DNA from: an uncultured Nitrospiraceae bacterium
GTDB lineage: Bacteria; Nitrospirota; Thermodesulfovibrionia; Thermodesulfovibrionales; UBA6898
DNA: 64,000 bases
Assembly (NCBI GenBank): GCA_963811165.1
Contig: CAWEQH010000010.1
Coordinates: 800,001-864,000 of the forward strand
Direction: 5' to 3'
A model generated the notes under the pieces. The model searched no databases, was not told the origin of the DNA, and saw only the letters and a list, made by a program, of their open reading frames with translations. Shown piece by piece: positions 60,911 through 64,000 of this stretch; the first letter of the stretch is position 1, and every line of letters begins with the position of its first letter. The translations under genes were made by a program, and so were the position numbers.

Positions 60911-62135
60911 AAAGGCGCTCTTCAACATTTCCGCGCTTGCCGACCTCGGGGAAGAGATCACCTCTGAAAAGGATTTTCAAGAGAAGCTGCAGTCACTGCT
61001 CTACGTGGTAATGGGGACCTTTCTCGCCAGTAAAGGCGCGATCACTTGCCAGGAAAAGTCCGCGGATAAGATTGTGTTCGTCTCCAGGAAAGGGTTCGAG
61101 AACCTCTCCCTGGATGCCATAGATCTGGGGTTCCTCCGGGCGGCCGGGAAAAACGAACCATACCTCATAGAAAATGATCCCGCCCTCACGTCGGCGGGTG
61201 TCGAAATAATCACACCGCTTTGGGTAAGAAACGAATTCATCGGGACGATCATGTTAAGCAGGAAATTCACCTCCGAACCCTACACTCAGGAGGACTTCGA
61301 GATCCTCAAGGTCATCGCCCATCAGATCGCCATCACGCTCAACAACCGGGCGCTCTTTATGAATCTGACGGAGCAGCTCGACGATAACCGGCACCTCTAC
61401 CAGGAGATGCGGAGGATCTATCACGACACCCTCCAGGCCTTCGCCGCAGCAATAGACGCAAAGGATGTCTATACGAGGCATCACTCCCAGAGGGTCGCAA
61501 AATATTCGGTTGCGATCGCGAGGGAACTCGGCTGGAACGAACACGACATCGAAGGTATCTACGTTGCGGGGTTCCTCCACGATGTAGGGAAACTGGTTAT
61601 AAGCAACGAAATCCTGAACAAAAAAACGCCTTTTACGCCGAAAGAAATGGAGGAGATGCGGAAGCATTCGCTCTTGTCCTACAAGATCATATCCCATATA
61701 AAGTTCCCCTGGAAGGACGTGGAAAAGATCGTCAAACACCACCATGAAAGGCCTGACGGCACGGGCTATCCCGATGCCTTGTCGCAGGGAGATCTGAGCG
61801 AAGGGGCGAAGGTCCTTGCACTCGCGGATTCTTTCGATGCGATGACGTCCAAAAGGGCCTATCGCGACAAGATGGACCTCAAGGCGGCACTTGCCGAGCT
61901 GAGCAGGTGCCTCAACCGGCAGTTCGACGACAAGATCATGCTTGCCTTCTGCAAGGTACTGGACAAGGAGATCAGGGGCGAACTTCCCGAACCTAATATT
62001 CTGCCTCACCTGGACAAGGATTCAGACCTCTCCGTAATCCCGGCGCTCCTGGAAGGCATCATACGCGAGCTTTCCGGGGAGAATAAAGGAGGGCTGAAAA
62101 GCCCCATGGCCTCTAAAGATGCGCATCTCGTTTGA
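60900..62135 (+). CDS. GAF + HD-GYP phosphodiesterase
   Basis: GAF-like segment (YTQEDFEIL..IAHQIA), HSQRV, LHDVGK, HHERPDGTGYP, ADSFDAMTSKRAYR. Confidence 0.92.
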   Translation: MELKKALFNISALADLGEEITSEKDFQEKLQSLLYVVMGTFLASKGAITCQEKSADKIVFVSRKGFENLSLDAIDLGFLRAAGKNEPYLIENDPALTSAGVEIITPLWVRNEFIGTIMLSRKFTSEPYTQEDFEILKVIAHQIAITLNNRALFMNLTEQLDDNRHLYQEMRRIYHDTLQAFAAAIDAKDVYTRHHSQRVAKYSVAIARELGWNEHDIEGIYVAGFLHDVGKLVISNEILNKKTPFTPKEMEEMRKHSLLSYKIISHIKFPWKDVEKIVKHHHERPDGTGYPDALSQGDLSEGAKVLALADSFDAMTSKRAYRDKMDLKAALAELSRCLNRQFDDKIMLAFCKVLDKEIRGELPEPNILPHLDKDSDLSVIPALLEGIIRELSGENKGGLKSPMASKDAHLV

Positions 62136-62166
62136 TTCTCTGAAAAGCGACCCCTTATAATAGTCG

Positions 62167-63186
62167 ATGCTTATTCTTGGTATAGATACCTCCTGTGACG
62201 ATACGTCGGCTTCGGTCGTCCAAGACGGGACAAAGATAGTCTCAAACATCGTATCGAGCCAGTCGGAGATCCATGCGAAATACGGCGGCATAGTGCCAGA
62301 GCTGGCGTCAAGGAGACATATCGAGATGATCCGGCCCGTAGTCGACGAGGCGCTAAGAAAAGCAGGCGCATCTCTTCAGGATATAGCTGCGGTAGCGGTA
62401 TGCCATGGCCCGGGCCTCATAGGCTCACTTCTCATAGGATGCTCCTTCGCCAAGGCGCTCTGCTATTCCAAAAAAATCCCGCTCGTCGCGGTGAACCACC
62501 TCGAGGGGCATATCCTTTCCGCCTTTCTCGAAATGCCCTCTCCGGGGTTTCCTTTTCTCTCTCTCGTCGTCTCCGGTGGACATACGAGCCTTTACCTCGC
62601 CCGGGATTACGGCCGGTACAGTGAGCTCGGACGAACGCGCGACGACGCCGCCGGCGAGGCCTATGACAAGGTCTCAAAGCTGCTTGGCCTCGGCTACCCA
62701 GGCGGTCCTGTCATCGACGGACTTGCCGGCCGGGGCGACCCGCGCGCCATAGACTTTCCGAGGGCCTATCTGCCCGAAACCTTCGATTTCAGTTTCAGCG
62801 GGATGAAGACCTCGGTACTGAATTTCCTTCGATCACAGACCGTGCGGCAGGACAAGGAATGTTATGCCCAGAACACAAGGCTTGTCCATGATATTGCAGC
62901 GTCCTTTCAGGCAGCGGTCGTCGATGTGCTTGTCAGAAAAACAGAATGGGCAGTCAAAAAAAACCAGGTCGACCGCGTCACACTCTCGGGCGGCGTGGCC
63001 GCAAACAGCGAGTTACGGAAAAGGATGAAAGAGATGGGCAAAGAAAAGGGCGTTACGGTCTTTGTTCCTCCTGCGGCATTATGCACCGATAATGCCGCAA
63101 TGATCGCGGCCGCAGGATACCATCACTTTTTGAAAGGTGAAATAGCGGCGCTCGACCTGAATCCCCGGGCATATCTCCCTCTTTAG
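62167..63186 (+). CDS. tsaD: tRNA threonylcarbamoyltransferase TsaD
   Basis: LGIDTSCDDT, GGIVPELASRRH, NHLEGH, VSGGHT, DDAAGEAYDK, CTDNAAMI. Confidence 0.98.
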   Translation: MLILGIDTSCDDTSASVVQDGTKIVSNIVSSQSEIHAKYGGIVPELASRRHIEMIRPVVDEALRKAGASLQDIAAVAVCHGPGLIGSLLIGCSFAKALCYSKKIPLVAVNHLEGHILSAFLEMPSPGFPFLSLVVSGGHTSLYLARDYGRYSELGRTRDDAAGEAYDKVSKLLGLGYPGGPVIDGLAGRGDPRAIDFPRAYLPETFDFSFSGMKTSVLNFLRSQTVRQDKECYAQNTRLVHDIAASFQAAVVDVLVRKTEWAVKKNQVDRVTLSGGVAANSELRKRMKEMGKEKGVTVFVPPAALCTDNAAMIAAAGYHHFLKGEIAALDLNPRAYLPL

Positions 63187-63329
63187 TCTCTTGTAAAGTC
63201 GCGTATGCCGCCGGCCTTGAAACGACTGAATTTCCTCTATGAGCCAAGGCAGATCAAGCCGGCAATGTTGGATAACGCAAATCGTTCTTTATACAGATGC
63301 CCTCATTAGGAAGAGTCGGAACAGGCTTA

Positions 63330-63887
63330 TTATGCAGCTTTCAGCCACGCTTTGAGGGTCTCGATTTCCTTTTCCGTAAGGTCCACTTCATCGTGCCTCC
63401 CTCTCTCCATGGCAGCAATAACTTTGTCGAGCTGAGTGCGCCAGCCGTTCATATCTGTAAACCCCTGCATTGCAGCCTCAACACATACCATGGCCCGCTT
63501 TATGTCCCTTGAACCTTCTTCTGTCCTGCCCATGTTCACATAGGAAACCCCACGCGCAAGGACCGCAGCACGATTTCCGGGGTGGATCTCGATGGCCCTG
63601 CCAAAATCAGCCACCGCCCTCACGTAGTCCTCTTTTAGCATATGGGCTGTTCCCCGGTAATGAAACGCACTTGCATTGCCGCCGTCGATTTCAATCGCCT
63701 TGTCGAAATCCTCTATGGCCTTATCCCGTTCGTTTATCTTCAGATAGGCGACTCCCCGGCTCAGACAGACTATTCCGGGCTCATGGCCCGCCTGTAGGGT
63801 CTTCGTAAATTTTTCGATGCTTTCCTCATACCTACCCTTCATAAAAAGACGCTGTCCCCTGTCGAACAATTCATATATGTCCTTCAT
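63330..63887 (-). CDS. Tetratricopeptide repeat protein
   Basis: Repeated RG.AY...AIEDF.KAIEI TPR motifs. Confidence 0.9.
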   Translation of the reverse strand: MKDIYELFDRGQRLFMKGRYEESIEKFTKTLQAGHEPGIVCLSRGVAYLKINERDKAIEDFDKAIEIDGGNASAFHYRGTAHMLKEDYVRAVADFGRAIEIHPGNRAAVLARGVSYVNMGRTEEGSRDIKRAMVCVEAAMQGFTDMNGWRTQLDKVIAAMERGRHDEVDLTEKEIETLKAWLKAA

Positions 63888-64000
63888 CTGTTCACCTCAA
63901 TGGTCTTTTGTTCTGCCGTATTGATCAAAGAATAACTCAAAAAAAACATCCCTGCAAACAAAGATACATTAATTTTTTTTAAGAAAACATCCGGCAGTCA

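Overview
A 64-kb bacterial chromosome segment, mostly housekeeping genes. The gene content (PFOR, rubredoxin, rubrerythrin-like protein, CooC, FolD, MqnP/UbiX, ApbE-NusGII-Gx) suggests an anaerobe of Nitrospirota or deltaproteobacterial type; this taxonomy is inference. Core genes include dnaK (5' end cut off by the window edge), dnaJ, rsmE, panB, folD, folE, aroF, nifJ/por, uvrA, dapB, scpB, crcB, argD, argF, rnj, uppP, ftsK, lolA and tsaD. Accessory content includes a complete IS3-family element, an RHH-PIN toxin-antitoxin pair and several AT-richer patches. I saw no rRNA, tRNA or CRISPR array. Top finding: two ORFs listed separately in the track are joined by an in-frame UGA in an S-[UGA]-G-C-T motif, followed by a SECIS-like hairpin. 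This predicts an exported selenoprotein that fuses a DUF1573-like domain to a two-CXXCH cytochrome c (25052-25744, minus strand). Other candidates: an operon encoding a P-loop ATPase fused to an RsbW-type kinase domain, a STAS protein and a GAF/HD-GYP protein; a lone HEPN-motif protein; a UvrA lacking its insertion domain; a LuxR-degenerate-GGDEF regulator; and palindromic elements inserted in-frame in two genes. Three +1 frameshifts may be sequencing errors. All family calls come from reading motifs by eye; no searches were run.
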